Shown piece by piece: positions 46,045-55,059 of a DNA stretch of 64,000 nt. The notes under the pieces are model-generated. The model had not been told where the DNA came from, made no database searches, and saw nothing but the letters and a program-made list of their open reading frames with translations. Positions within the stretch are counted from its first letter, which is position 1, and the number at the start of each line of letters is the position of its first letter. Origin of the DNA: a virus (Duplodnaviria; Caudoviricetes); the IMG/VR virus record IMGVR_UViG_3300033075_001896, positions 1 to 64,000 of that record. One strand, written 5' to 3'. The translations under genes and the position numbers were made by a program.

Positions 46045-47907
46045 TCACTTCTCCTTGAAGCCGAGGACGCGGACGGTGGCCGTGCCGCTGTAGCCGCTCG
46101 GGATGCGGTAGTCGAACTGCTGCGCGCCCCCGAGGTGCAGGTGCACCTCGCGGCGGACCTCCTGCGCGGCGGTGTTGGCCTCGACGAGGAGCGGCACGCC
46201 CGTGCCCGGGGCGTTGATCTTGCGCACCTCGACGCCGCCGTTCGCCGCCCCCGACGCGTTCACCTGAAGCTCCAAGAGCGCCAGCGTGACGGTCGAGCCG
46301 ACGGGGGGCACGAGGGACGCGCACGAGACGCTCGTCCACGAGGTCTGCGTCCCCGCCGTGAGCACGTCGAGGCCCGACGTGAAGATCGTCCGGTCCCAAT
46401 ACCACCAGCCCTCGTAGCGGTGCCCGGGGAGCGGCACGCCGGAGCCGTCGGTGCGGATCGGGCCGAGGTAGCGGTGCGTCCCGGCCGCGCCGCCCTTCCA
46501 CGTGTACGAGTCGTCCGGGGGCGTCGGCGAGACCTCGACCGCGAGCGTGCCGCCCGAGGCGTAGAGGTAGAGGTAGCGCCAGGCCCCGGCCGCGTAGCCC
46601 GAGGGCGTGATCGTGAAGCCGCCCGTCGCGCTGTAGCTCCGCTGCCCGAGGACCACGAGCTGAATCGGGGCGACGTAGATTTTCGTGCCTGCCCCGATGT
46701 CCTTCACCGAGTAGTTGCCGCCGATCAGGAGCCCGTTGAGGGAGTCGGTGACCGACGCGAGCGCGACGGTTTCGAGCGCCGAGGTGTCGAGCGCCCGCAC
46801 CGAGACCTTCTCGCCGCCCGAGAGCGCCGAGAGGAGCGTGACCGTGGTCGCGTCGGTCTCGGTGTACTCGGACTCGGCGAGCACCGCCCCATCGACGATC
46901 ACCTCCAGGCAGTGCGCCCCGGGCGTGTACGCGAACGGGAGGTTGAGCGCCGTCTGCGAGCTCGTCCCGGTCGTCTCGTAGTAGCGGCGCGTGCCCGTGG
47001 TCGCGCGCTGGAAGCCGCGCGCGTCCTGGAGGTTCTGCGGCGTGATCGTCGTCTGACTCGGCGAGAGGCCGACGAACGCGAGCGGGAGGACGCCGCGCGT
47101 CGAGGGCCGCACGGGCGAGGACGCCTCGGTGCCCTGCCGCACGCCGAGCGTGCCGTTCGCCGCGAGGTAGAGGAGGTCGATGCGCGGGTTCGAGGTCGGG
47201 GCCGTGAAGGTCGGCGACGTGCCGCCCACGTAGGCCACGTGCGTGTCGTCGATGTTGAAGCGCCCCGCGGCCACGCGCAGGGCCAGTGAGGGCGGGTCGG
47301 TGGGCGTGACCTCGCCGTCGCGCTTGACCGACTCGTCGTACACGTCCTCCGCGCGGTTGAGCACGGGGACGTCGAGGAGCCGCACGTCCGTCGTGCGGAT
47401 CGCCGTCAGGCCGTTCGTGATCTTCACCCGCCCGAGGAGCACGGGGTTCCCCGAGGGGGCCGCGGGGTAGGTCGCGGTCGAGACCGGCGCCGAGGTGCCC
47501 GAGACCCGCAGGATCTCGTACGACTCAGGCTGCGTTGTGTAGACCGTCGTCGCGTCCGGGGCGGTGGAGGGGTCCGCGGAGGTGCGCGCGAAGCGGAGGT
47601 AGATCGCGACGAAGCGCTCCTGCCCCGAGGCGACGGCCGTCGCCGTGTTGCCCGAGTCGAGGCTCAGATCCACGGTGACTGTGGTGGGGACGTTGAGGCG
47701 ACGTCCGAGCGCGTCGTACGCCACGCCCGCCGAGAGCTGGAGCGTCAGGTTCGGCGACGCCTGCTCCGTGAGCTGGAGCCCCGCGGCGACGCCGTAGCCG
47801 AGGAGGTCGGTGACGATCGCGCGGTCGGCGTTCTCGGCGTTGTCCTGCCAGGAGTGCACGTCCGTGTGCTCGATCACGAAGTCGCGGTGGTATACGCGTC
47901 GGTCCAT
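46045..47907 (-). CDS. Tail fibre/baseplate-associated structural protein
   Basis: YGVAAGL...GVAYDALGRR N-terminus, NPRIDLL repeat, LPFAYTPG module; follows baseplate J and I. Confidence 0.7.
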   Translation of the reverse strand: MDRRVYHRDFVIEHTDVHSWQDNAENADRAIVTDLLGYGVAAGLQLTEQASPNLTLQLSAGVAYDALGRRLNVPTTVTVDLSLDSGNTATAVASGQERFVAIYLRFARTSADPSTAPDATTVYTTQPESYEILRVSGTSAPVSTATYPAAPSGNPVLLGRVKITNGLTAIRTTDVRLLDVPVLNRAEDVYDESVKRDGEVTPTDPPSLALRVAAGRFNIDDTHVAYVGGTSPTFTAPTSNPRIDLLYLAANGTLGVRQGTEASSPVRPSTRGVLPLAFVGLSPSQTTITPQNLQDARGFQRATTGTRRYYETTGTSSQTALNLPFAYTPGAHCLEVIVDGAVLAESEYTETDATTVTLLSALSGGEKVSVRALDTSALETVALASVTDSLNGLLIGGNYSVKDIGAGTKIYVAPIQLVVLGQRSYSATGGFTITPSGYAAGAWRYLYLYASGGTLAVEVSPTPPDDSYTWKGGAAGTHRYLGPIRTDGSGVPLPGHRYEGWWYWDRTIFTSGLDVLTAGTQTSWTSVSCASLVPPVGSTVTLALLELQVNASGAANGGVEVRKINAPGTGVPLLVEANTAAQEVRREVHLHLGGAQQFDYRIPSGYSGTATVRVLGFKEK

Positions 47908-47929
47908 CGACCCTCGCGCGTGGTCACCC
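47908..47929 (-). promoter_or_regulatory. Late TGAC-N15-ATG element
   Basis: GGGTGAC CACGCGCGAGGGTCG ATG. Confidence 0.7.
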
Positions 47930-47975
47930 GTGGAGTTCGGCGACCCTCGGAGAACTTGTACCGCAGGTGGCGGCC

Positions 47976-49118
47976 ATGTACTTTGATCTCGCGATGTTCC
48001 TGATCTACTTGGACGCTGGCACCATCAACCACATTGCCGATGGCAAATGCCCTCCCGAACAGGTCGCGGACCTACACGCTGCCATGCGGGAGGTCGGCGC
48101 CTCGCTGATTCTTTCACTCGCGCATGTGTGGGACTTCTGCAACAACACGGACGACGCCACAAAGCAGCGTGTTGCGACGGCGATCGATGCGTTCCCTTCC
48201 CGTATGTTGATCGCGGACAGCCCCGAAGCTACCGAACGTGAGGCGCTCGACAGGATCGGTGATGGCGCGGAATTCGATGCAGACACCTACGCCCCGCCGC
48301 ACTGGCAGGGGCGATTGTTCCAGGCGCGTGACTTCATGCGTGTCTGCGAGCCGAAGGTGATGGATGCCGCCGACCGTTTCATCACGTGTGTTCGTGCCCT
48401 TACTGAAGCTCATCGGTTGGGCGTCCAGGCGAGGCGCGCATCCACCTCGGGTCCGTCGGCTCAAAAGCAGGAACGCGATGCGGTACGGGCCTTCCTCGAA
48501 GGGCTATTCGCAGCGCAAAACGATGAAGAAATCAAAGCGCTTGTCGAAATGCGCCTTGCCTCTCTATCTCCAGAAGCACGGGCGGCGAGCGACAAAATGC
48601 TCAAGGATGGTTTTGAAAAGGGCATCGCAATGTTTCCTCCGGAAGTACGCGAACAAATGCCGCAGTGGTCGCTCGACCTGTTTTGCCGCGCCGTCATGCA
48701 AACTCGCAGAGACGCGGAAACGCATGGAATTACCCCAGGACGGGCCGTCCAACTCGCGGTGAAACAGCCCGCACTAAACAGCGTCAACTGGGCGGGTGCA
48801 CGGATTCGTGGTGGGATGGACCGATGGTACGAGATCGCGGGTGCCGTGGCTCCCGGCATGGCGATCCGGGTGAAGATCATCGAGCAAAACACAGGCAACG
48901 CGATGCGCAACCCGCTGCACAGCGACACGGCCGACACGATCCATGTGCTCTACCTGCCCTACATGGATCTCTCGGTCGTGGATGCGAATAACTTCTCTGC
49001 CTACCAGTCGTTGCAGAGCAAGGTGAGACCCAGGCGCAAAGGGGTCGTCGTGAAAGATCCAGGGCGCGACCTGAGGCCGCTGATTCAGAGAATCAGGTCA
49101 CTTCCCATCGACCCGTGA
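47976..49118 (+). CDS. PIN-like domain protein (moron, lower GC)
   Basis: IYLDAGTI near the N-terminus and DTADTIHVLYLPYMDLSVVD near the C-terminus; visibly more A/T-rich; opposite strand to tail genes; start uncertain (47967/47976/47994). Confidence 0.6.
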   Translation: MYFDLAMFLIYLDAGTINHIADGKCPPEQVADLHAAMREVGASLILSLAHVWDFCNNTDDATKQRVATAIDAFPSRMLIADSPEATEREALDRIGDGAEFDADTYAPPHWQGRLFQARDFMRVCEPKVMDAADRFITCVRALTEAHRLGVQARRASTSGPSAQKQERDAVRAFLEGLFAAQNDEEIKALVEMRLASLSPEARAASDKMLKDGFEKGIAMFPPEVREQMPQWSLDLFCRAVMQTRRDAETHGITPGRAVQLAVKQPALNSVNWAGARIRGGMDRWYEIAGAVAPGMAIRVKIIEQNTGNAMRNPLHSDTADTIHVLYLPYMDLSVVDANNFSAYQSLQSKVRPRRKGVVVKDPGRDLRPLIQRIRSLPIDP

Positions 49119-49120
49119 CC

Positions 49121-50164
49121 TCACCCGAGGGCGGTGTTCCGTCCGAGCAGGGACGTGCCGAGGCGCCACGACGGGTGCCGCGCGGCGGCGTCGTCGAGCG
49201 TGACGGTCATCGTGGAGGGGCGCATCACCTCGATCACCTGCGCGAGCGCGCGCCGCTCGTCGCTCGTGAGCACGCGCGGCAGGACGAGCGCGAGCGTGAA
49301 CGCGTCGTCGGCCGGGGTCGCCCCGCGGGCCGACGCGGCGAGCGCCGTGGCCAGGACCTCGGTGGTCGCGAGCTCGATCCGGTCGCCCGCCGTGAGGCCC
49401 GTCGGATTCTCGCGGCGCCACACCCGCACGACCGCCCCCCGCGCGAGCGGCGCGGCGAAGGTGATCGTGGACGCGGACGTCTCCGACCACGCGGGCGCGT
49501 CCACGCGAAGACGGTCGACCGTCACGACCAGCGTCCCGATCCCCACCGTGTAGCTGAAGGGGAGCGTGAGCGCCGACTCGCCGCCGTAGGCCGTGTATTC
49601 ATGGCCGCGCGTGAGGAGCTCGACCCGTCGCGGCTCGACCGCGAGGAAGGCCGTCCGGTCGAGCTCCACCCCGTTGCGCCACGCCCGCAAGGTCCCTGTG
49701 TGCGGCGTCACGCGCCAGCGCGCGTCGGTCACGTCGATCGCGGTCTCGCCGCCCGTCGCGGTGTAGACGAACGAGAGGCCCCCGAGGTGCGACCGCCCGA
49801 GGCGCCACGCCTGACGTCGCTCGCCGCGCAGGTACGCCTCTTCGCCGAGGAAGAGGCGTACGGCGTCGAGGAGCCCGGGGGCCGTGCCCTTCTCGCGGTA
49901 GAGCGGCACGAGGAGCGCCACGACCTTGCGCTGGAGCGCCTCGGGGAGGGTCGTGTCGAGCGTCCAGCCCTTCGCCCGCGCAAGCTCGGGGAGCCACCGC
50001 GCCGCGCAGGTGAGCGGGTCGTCGAGCGTGAGGAGCTGCCCCGTGTCGTCGTAACGGTCGCCGAGCGCGTCGTCGGCGAGGCGCACGAGGGACGCGAGGG
50101 GTTCGGCCGGGGCCTCGCGCCGCCAGAACCGGGGGAGGGCGTCCCAGAGCGTCGGGCGGGCCAT
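49121..50164 (-). CDS. Phage tail/baseplate protein (P2 gpI-like)
   Basis: LWDALP...DPLTCAARWLPELA...GW...LYREKGT. Confidence 0.8.
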   Translation of the reverse strand: MARPTLWDALPRFWRREAPAEPLASLVRLADDALGDRYDDTGQLLTLDDPLTCAARWLPELARAKGWTLDTTLPEALQRKVVALLVPLYREKGTAPGLLDAVRLFLGEEAYLRGERRQAWRLGRSHLGGLSFVYTATGGETAIDVTDARWRVTPHTGTLRAWRNGVELDRTAFLAVEPRRVELLTRGHEYTAYGGESALTLPFSYTVGIGTLVVTVDRLRVDAPAWSETSASTITFAAPLARGAVVRVWRRENPTGLTAGDRIELATTEVLATALAASARGATPADDAFTLALVLPRVLTSDERRALAQVIEVMRPSTMTVTLDDAAARHPSWRLGTSLLGRNTALG

Positions 50165-51618
50165 CAGGGCGTCTCCTGAATCACCGTCACGGCGGGCGTC
50201 GCGGCGAGCGCGGCGAACTGCACGGCCGTGAAGGTCGGGTCGCTCGCGGGCGACGTGACCTCGACGCGCGTCACGCCCGCGAGGGACTGGCAGGCGTCGT
50301 ACATCCTCGACCGCGGCACCGGGTAGCCGAAGCGCAGCACGTAGAAGCCCTCCTCGTCGCGCGCCCCCGGCGTCCAGAGCGCGGCGAGGGCGGCCTGCGC
50401 GGCGGTCTGGAGGGCCGCGGCGTCCACGTCCGCGCGGCAGTAGACCGTCACGGCGATCGACTGCGCGACGTACACGGCGCTCACGACCGACACCTCAAGG
50501 CCCGCGGGGCAGGGCTTGGTCTCGGTGACGTACGTGTGCACCGCGTCGAGGAGCGTCGCGTCGGGCGATCCGCCCGCCGTCGGGACGACGTAGAGGCGGT
50601 GCTGGAGGTGGCCGAGGGTCGCGTCCTCGCGCCGCGTGTGGCAGAGCGCGCGGGCGACGCCCGGCACCTCGACCGCGTGGAGCTCGTAGTCCTCGCGGCT
50701 CACCGTCCGATCCGTGGCGCGGAGCGAGTCGGGCGCGGCGTACCGGGCGTGCTCCAGGCTCTCGCGGTCGGTGCCGCCCGCGGCGTCGCCGGGGTTCGTC
50801 ACGGTGACCTCGACGGGCAGGCCCGCGGCGGTCGCGAACGAGCCCTGCACGCGCCGCAGCGTGCCGCGCCGCACGCGCCCGGCCGCGCCGAGCGTGGTCC
50901 GGTAGGTGACGGTGATCGTGGCGCCCTCGGCGGGGCGCTTGCCGTTCACCCCGTCGCCGAAGACGACCGTGGCGCGCTCGTCGGCGTCGCGCTCGACCAC
51001 GTAGTGCTGCGACGCGGACGTCGACGAGAGGAAGTTCGCGACGCGCGTCCACGTCACGCCGCCGACCCGCACCACCTCGCTCGCGCGCACGAAGGGCGTG
51101 GCCGAGAGGGTCACGCGCTGGCCCGTGGGCCACGCGCCCGCCGCGTCGCCGACGAAGCTCTGCGTCTGCGCGCGCCCCTCGGTGCAGGCCACCGTGCGCG
51201 ACGTCTGCCCCGGCGCGAAGGTCACCGCGGCGTCGGTCGTGTAGACCACCGCGCCGTCTTCCGTGTAGACCTCGGTCCCCGCGGCGATCGGCACCGCGTC
51301 CGACTGCGACGGGATCGCGAGCGAGACGGTGACCGTCGGGGGCGTCGGCGACGCGAGCTCGTACGCGAGGCCCCGCGCGTGGTCGATCACGCTCTGGCGC
51401 AGGCGCGCGCGGTGGATGAACGCCTCGTTGAGGCCGCGGTTCTGGTAGTACGTGAGCTTCGCGCCGACGGTCGCGACGGCCACGAACCAGCGCCGGTCGG
51501 GCGACCCTTCGGAGAGGTCGAGGCCCGCGAGCGAGGGCTCCCCCGCGGCGTTCGTCGTGAGCTCCGCGAGGATGCCCTCGAAGTCGAGCACGGTGTACTG
51601 AAGCGCACGAGGGGCCAT
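50164..51618 (-). CDS. Baseplate J/gp6-like wedge protein
   Basis: DFEGIL, NEAFI..ARLRQSV, VFGDGVNGKRP, GGTDRES, RTVSREDY. Confidence 0.9.
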   Translation of the reverse strand: MAPRALQYTVLDFEGILAELTTNAAGEPSLAGLDLSEGSPDRRWFVAVATVGAKLTYYQNRGLNEAFIHRARLRQSVIDHARGLAYELASPTPPTVTVSLAIPSQSDAVPIAAGTEVYTEDGAVVYTTDAAVTFAPGQTSRTVACTEGRAQTQSFVGDAAGAWPTGQRVTLSATPFVRASEVVRVGGVTWTRVANFLSSTSASQHYVVERDADERATVVFGDGVNGKRPAEGATITVTYRTTLGAAGRVRRGTLRRVQGSFATAAGLPVEVTVTNPGDAAGGTDRESLEHARYAAPDSLRATDRTVSREDYELHAVEVPGVARALCHTRREDATLGHLQHRLYVVPTAGGSPDATLLDAVHTYVTETKPCPAGLEVSVVSAVYVAQSIAVTVYCRADVDAAALQTAAQAALAALWTPGARDEEGFYVLRFGYPVPRSRMYDACQSLAGVTRVEVTSPASDPTFTAVQFAALAATPAVTVIQETP

Positions 51619-51641
51619 CGCCCCTCGCGGGTGGTCACCCC
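51619..51641 (-). promoter_or_regulatory. Late TGAC-N15-ATG element
   Basis: GGGGTGAC CACCCGCGAGGGGCG ATG. Confidence 0.7.
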
Positions 51642-51717
51642 GACGCGGTGGCACGCCGCGCGCAACGCGGGGACGGGCGCGCGGCCGCACAGGGCGACCC
51701 GCGTTCAGGAGCACGCC

Positions 51718-52812
51718 ATGACACGACGCCAGAAGATCGAAGCGCCCGACGCGCAGCCGACCTCGCCCGCCACCCTCCCCGCGTCCGAGAAGGTGCGCGT
51801 CACGCCCGCCCTCGCCCGCGAGTGGCTGGAGAAGTACAACCGGCGCAACCGCCCGCTGCGCGAGGCGGTCGTGGATCGCTACGCCGAACAGATGAAAGAG
51901 GGCGAGTGGCAGGAGACGGGGGACACCGTGAAGTTCGGGGCGGACGGTCTCCTCTACGACGGCCAGCACCGCCTCTCCGCGGTCGCGCGGTCGGGCCGCA
52001 CCGTGGAGCTGTGGGTGGTGCGCGGCCTGCCGCCGGGCGCGCGCGAAGCGATCGACATGGGCGAGGCGCGGCGCGCGTTCGACAACCTCGCCATCTCCGA
52101 CGGGTTGAGCCTCGCGGCGGAGGACCGGACGTGGCTCACGGCCATCGCGCGCCACGCCTACGGCGTGCACCACAAGCTCACGGTCTCCGTCGCGCGGGCG
52201 GTGCTCGCCGCGTACGGCCCCGGGCTCAAGGTCGCGCGCGAGGTGTTCAAGGGCCACCAGCGCGGGCTCTGCCGCGCCTCGTACGTCGGGGCGTTCATCT
52301 TCGCGTACCGCAAGGAGGGCGAGCGCGTGGCCGAACTCATGCGCCGGTTCCGCGACGGCGCGAACCTCGACGCGAAGGACCCGATCCTCTTGCTCCGCAA
52401 CTCGATGATGACGACGTCGTCGGGCGGGTACGTCGTCGGCCACGCGGAGTTCGAGCGGACGTGCGCGGCCGTGGCCGCGGCGCTCGACGGCGAGAAGCGG
52501 GCGCGCCTCATCCGCAGCGCCGCGGCGCTCGAACGCTTCCGCGTGCCGAACGACACGTGCCTCGCCACGGCGAAGGAAGAGGCCGTGACCCTCGACGGGC
52601 TCATCAAGACCTACGGTGAGGTCTGCGTGCGCGCCGCGCTCGACGCGAAGGACGTGCTCACGGAGCGTCAGAAGGAGGTCCTGCGCGAGGTGCTCTCGGG
52701 CAAGGACACGTCCTCGATCCGCGCGCAGGACGGCGTGACCCGCCAGGACATCTTCAAGGTCCGACGGGCGGCGCTCCGCAACCTGCACAAGCACCTGTCC
52801 GCGCAGGGGTAG
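51718..52812 (+). CDS. ParB/Srx-like N-terminal domain + sigma-70 region 4-like HTH
   Basis: VTPALAREWL..NRRNR...YAEQM...DGQHRL; C-terminal LTERQKEVL...GVTRQDIFK. Confidence 0.8.
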   Translation: MTRRQKIEAPDAQPTSPATLPASEKVRVTPALAREWLEKYNRRNRPLREAVVDRYAEQMKEGEWQETGDTVKFGADGLLYDGQHRLSAVARSGRTVELWVVRGLPPGAREAIDMGEARRAFDNLAISDGLSLAAEDRTWLTAIARHAYGVHHKLTVSVARAVLAAYGPGLKVAREVFKGHQRGLCRASYVGAFIFAYRKEGERVAELMRRFRDGANLDAKDPILLLRNSMMTTSSGGYVVGHAEFERTCAAVAAALDGEKRARLIRSAAALERFRVPNDTCLATAKEEAVTLDGLIKTYGEVCVRAALDAKDVLTERQKEVLREVLSGKDTSSIRAQDGVTRQDIFKVRRAALRNLHKHLSAQG

Positions 52813-52840
52813 CGGCCCGTCGCGTGCAGCGCCACCGCGC

Positions 52841-53881
52841 ATGATTGGACTCGCGCATGCAGACGGGAAGGAGTACCCCAACCTCGCGCTCGCGTCTCTC
52901 TCCGCGTATTTCAAAGCGCTCGGCGAAGAGGTGCGACTCATCCGCCCCGACGATCGCCCCGACCTTTTCCGGGGCGGCTTCCCCGAACGCATCTACGGCT
53001 CGTCGATCTTCGACGAATCCGCTTCGCAGCGAGAGGACATTGAGCAGCACTGGGGGCACGTCCTGTGGGGCGGGACCGGGGTGCGTCTCGCTTCCTCACT
53101 CCGCGAGGTTGATGCGTCGGTGGATTGGGACGCAATCCGCCCCGACTTCTCGCTCTACCCCGATTTCGCTGCATCCATGGGGTTCCTCACGAGGGGGTGC
53201 CGTCTGCGCTGTGGTTTTTGCGTGGTGCCCGAGAAGGAGGGGAGGCCGCGCGTCGTGTCGGACGTGCACCGAGTGTGGCGCGGCGAGGGGCACCCTCGGC
53301 ACCTGCACCTTCTCGACAACGACGCCTTCGCGAAGCCGTTGCGAGACTTCTGGCGAGATGCGGTTGAGGAGTTCCGGAAGGGTCGGTTCCGCGTGTGCTT
53401 TACGCAGGGGATCAACGTCCGACTGATCGACGACGAGGCGGCGGCGCTCATCGCGCGGACGCCTTATTACGGCAACGACTTCAACAAGCGCATCCTCTAT
53501 ACGGCGTGGGATAACCTTCGCGACGAATCCATCTTCAAGGCGGGTGTTGAGCGACTGCGCCGCGCGGGTGTGTCACCCCACAGGCTCCGCGTGTTCATGC
53601 TCGTGGGCTACCGCGAAGACGAGACGTGGGAGGAGAGGTTCTATCGGTTCGCGGAGATCGCGGCTCTGCGTGCCGAACCCTACGTGATGGTGTATGGCGC
53701 CGAAGGCGCACGCCCCGAACTCGACGCGTTCCAACGGTGGTCGAATCGTTGGTTCTTCCGCTCGATCGCGTGGCCGGACTACGCGCGTGATGGGAAGTGG
53801 GACACGCGTATTTATGGCGACGCGCGCGCGGACTCAGACGCCGCGTGGAACCGCGTGGTAGAGCGAATGCTCACCCGTTGA
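52841..53881 (+). CDS. Radical SAM protein
   Basis: YPNLAL, TRGCRLRCGFCVVPEKEG, LLDND, QGINVRL. Confidence 0.88.
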   Translation: MIGLAHADGKEYPNLALASLSAYFKALGEEVRLIRPDDRPDLFRGGFPERIYGSSIFDESASQREDIEQHWGHVLWGGTGVRLASSLREVDASVDWDAIRPDFSLYPDFAASMGFLTRGCRLRCGFCVVPEKEGRPRVVSDVHRVWRGEGHPRHLHLLDNDAFAKPLRDFWRDAVEEFRKGRFRVCFTQGINVRLIDDEAAALIARTPYYGNDFNKRILYTAWDNLRDESIFKAGVERLRRAGVSPHRLRVFMLVGYREDETWEERFYRFAEIAALRAEPYVMVYGAEGARPELDAFQRWSNRWFFRSIAWPDYARDGKWDTRIYGDARADSDAAWNRVVERMLTR

Positions 53882-54227
53882 CTTCCACGACGCGGGACTC
53901 GCCCGTCCCGCGCGGGCGGAGGGTGATCGCGGCCTTCGTGCTCCGCTCCCCCTGCGTGATCTCCGCGCGCTCGACCTTGAGCCGCTTCTCCCACCGACCG
54001 AGCGCGTCGGCCGTCGACGTCTTCATCTCCAGCGCGAGCGCGGCGTCGTTGGGCTCGTGGAGGAGCTGGCGCACGCGCGACCCGAACTCGGGCTGAAACT
54101 CGATCTCGCCGGGGGTCGTGTCGAGGATCGTGCGCGCGGCGACGAGGGCCGTTGCGGTGCCGGTCACGGTCGCGAGGTAGCCGCGGGCGCCGAGGTGCAG
54201 CGGGCGGTCGTAGCCGAAGGTCGTCAC
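53871..54227 (-). CDS. Baseplate gp25/GPW-like protein
   Basis: ILDTTPGE..FQPEFGS...LLHEP...LGRWEKRL. Confidence 0.88.
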   Translation of the reverse strand: MTTFGYDRPLHLGARGYLATVTGTATALVAARTILDTTPGEIEFQPEFGSRVRQLLHEPNDAALALEMKTSTADALGRWEKRLKVERAEITQGERSTKAAITLRPRGTGESRVVEVNG

Positions 54228-54526
54228 GGGAGGATCTCCACCTGCACGCGCGTGAGTGAGGGGATGCGCAGCTCGCCGGTCGTGGGGAGGTTGAAGGGGT
54301 CGATCACGTCGTTCGCGTCGGCGATCACCCACCAGAGATGCGGCGTGCCGTAGAACTCCTGGGCGAGGAGTCCGAGCTTCGTCGCGGCCGTGGCGGGCAC
54401 GCGAGCGTCGGGGTCGCGCGCGTCCTCGGGCAGGAGCGCCGGGGCGCGCGGGCCGTGGAAGGTCTCGTCGCGCACGAGGTCGCGGTAGTGGGGCTCGCGG
54501 GCGAAGGGGTTGTAGACCGAGCTCAT
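54224..54526 (-). CDS. Baseplate wedge LysM/gp53-like protein
   Basis: LAQEFYGTPHLWWVIADAN.VIDPF...LRIP. Confidence 0.85.
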   Translation of the reverse strand: MSSVYNPFAREPHYRDLVRDETFHGPRAPALLPEDARDPDARVPATAATKLGLLAQEFYGTPHLWWVIADANDVIDPFNLPTTGELRIPSLTRVQVEILP

Positions 54527-54530
54527 CGGA

Positions 54531-55010
54531 TCACCTTCCGGCCAGGACGTCGTCGCGGGAGAGGTCGCCGTTCACGGGCACGTTCGTCCACTTGAGCGTG
54601 GCGCGCAGCTCCCCGGGCGCCGTGGTGTCGGGGTCGAACCAGGGCCCGCTCTTGAGCATGACCTCCGTGATGATCACACGCAGCGTCCGGTAGCCGCCGA
54701 AGACGAGGAGCACCGGGTGCGGCCCGTTCCTGAGGCGCCCTGTGTCGTCGTACTCGGGGAGCGGGAGCGCTTCGAGCTGGCGGCGCACGCGCTCGATGTC
54801 TTGCGCGTCGAGTTCGCGCCGGATGAACACGAGCTCGACCTCCCCGTCGCGCCCCTTGCCGCCCGTGTAGTGCTGGCGCGGGAAGGAGCCGCCGCGGACG
54901 TTCTTCTCCGACCAGTTCGCGCCGACCGTGACCGGGAGGTCCTCGGGGTTGAACTGCCAGTCGAGGCGCAACCCGTCGACAAGATCGCGGAGGTAGCCCG
55001 TGGTCGCCAC
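54531..55010 (-). CDS. Tail tube initiator (CIS tube-like) protein
   Basis: WQFNPE...QHYTGG...PHPVLLVFG...VIITEV...FD. Confidence 0.75.
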   Translation of the reverse strand: MATTGYLRDLVDGLRLDWQFNPEDLPVTVGANWSEKNVRGGSFPRQHYTGGKGRDGEVELVFIRRELDAQDIERVRRQLEALPLPEYDDTGRLRNGPHPVLLVFGGYRTLRVIITEVMLKSGPWFDPDTTAPGELRATLKWTNVPVNGDLSRDDVLAGR

Positions 55011-55059
55011 GCCCCTCCGCGCGGGGTCACCCGGGAGGGATGACTGCGCGGCGAAGGGC
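55011..55059. promoter_or_regulatory. Back-to-back pair of late TGAC-N15-GTG elements
   Basis: Minus: GGGTGAC CCCGCGCGGAGGGGC GTG(55010); plus: GGATGAC TGCGCGGCGAAGGGC GTG(55060). Confidence 0.75.

Noticed and set aside
49116-49136. TGAC-ctcaccc-GAGGG-cg-GTG on the plus strand
   Set aside because: Formed from two converging stop-codon regions and points antisense into the gpI gene with no credible ORF; likely coincidental
52841-53881. Radical SAM as the missing QueE
   Set aside because: The Cys motif is mid-protein after an extra N-terminal domain and lacks the QueE-type context (QGEG...RxxGCNLxCxxCDT)
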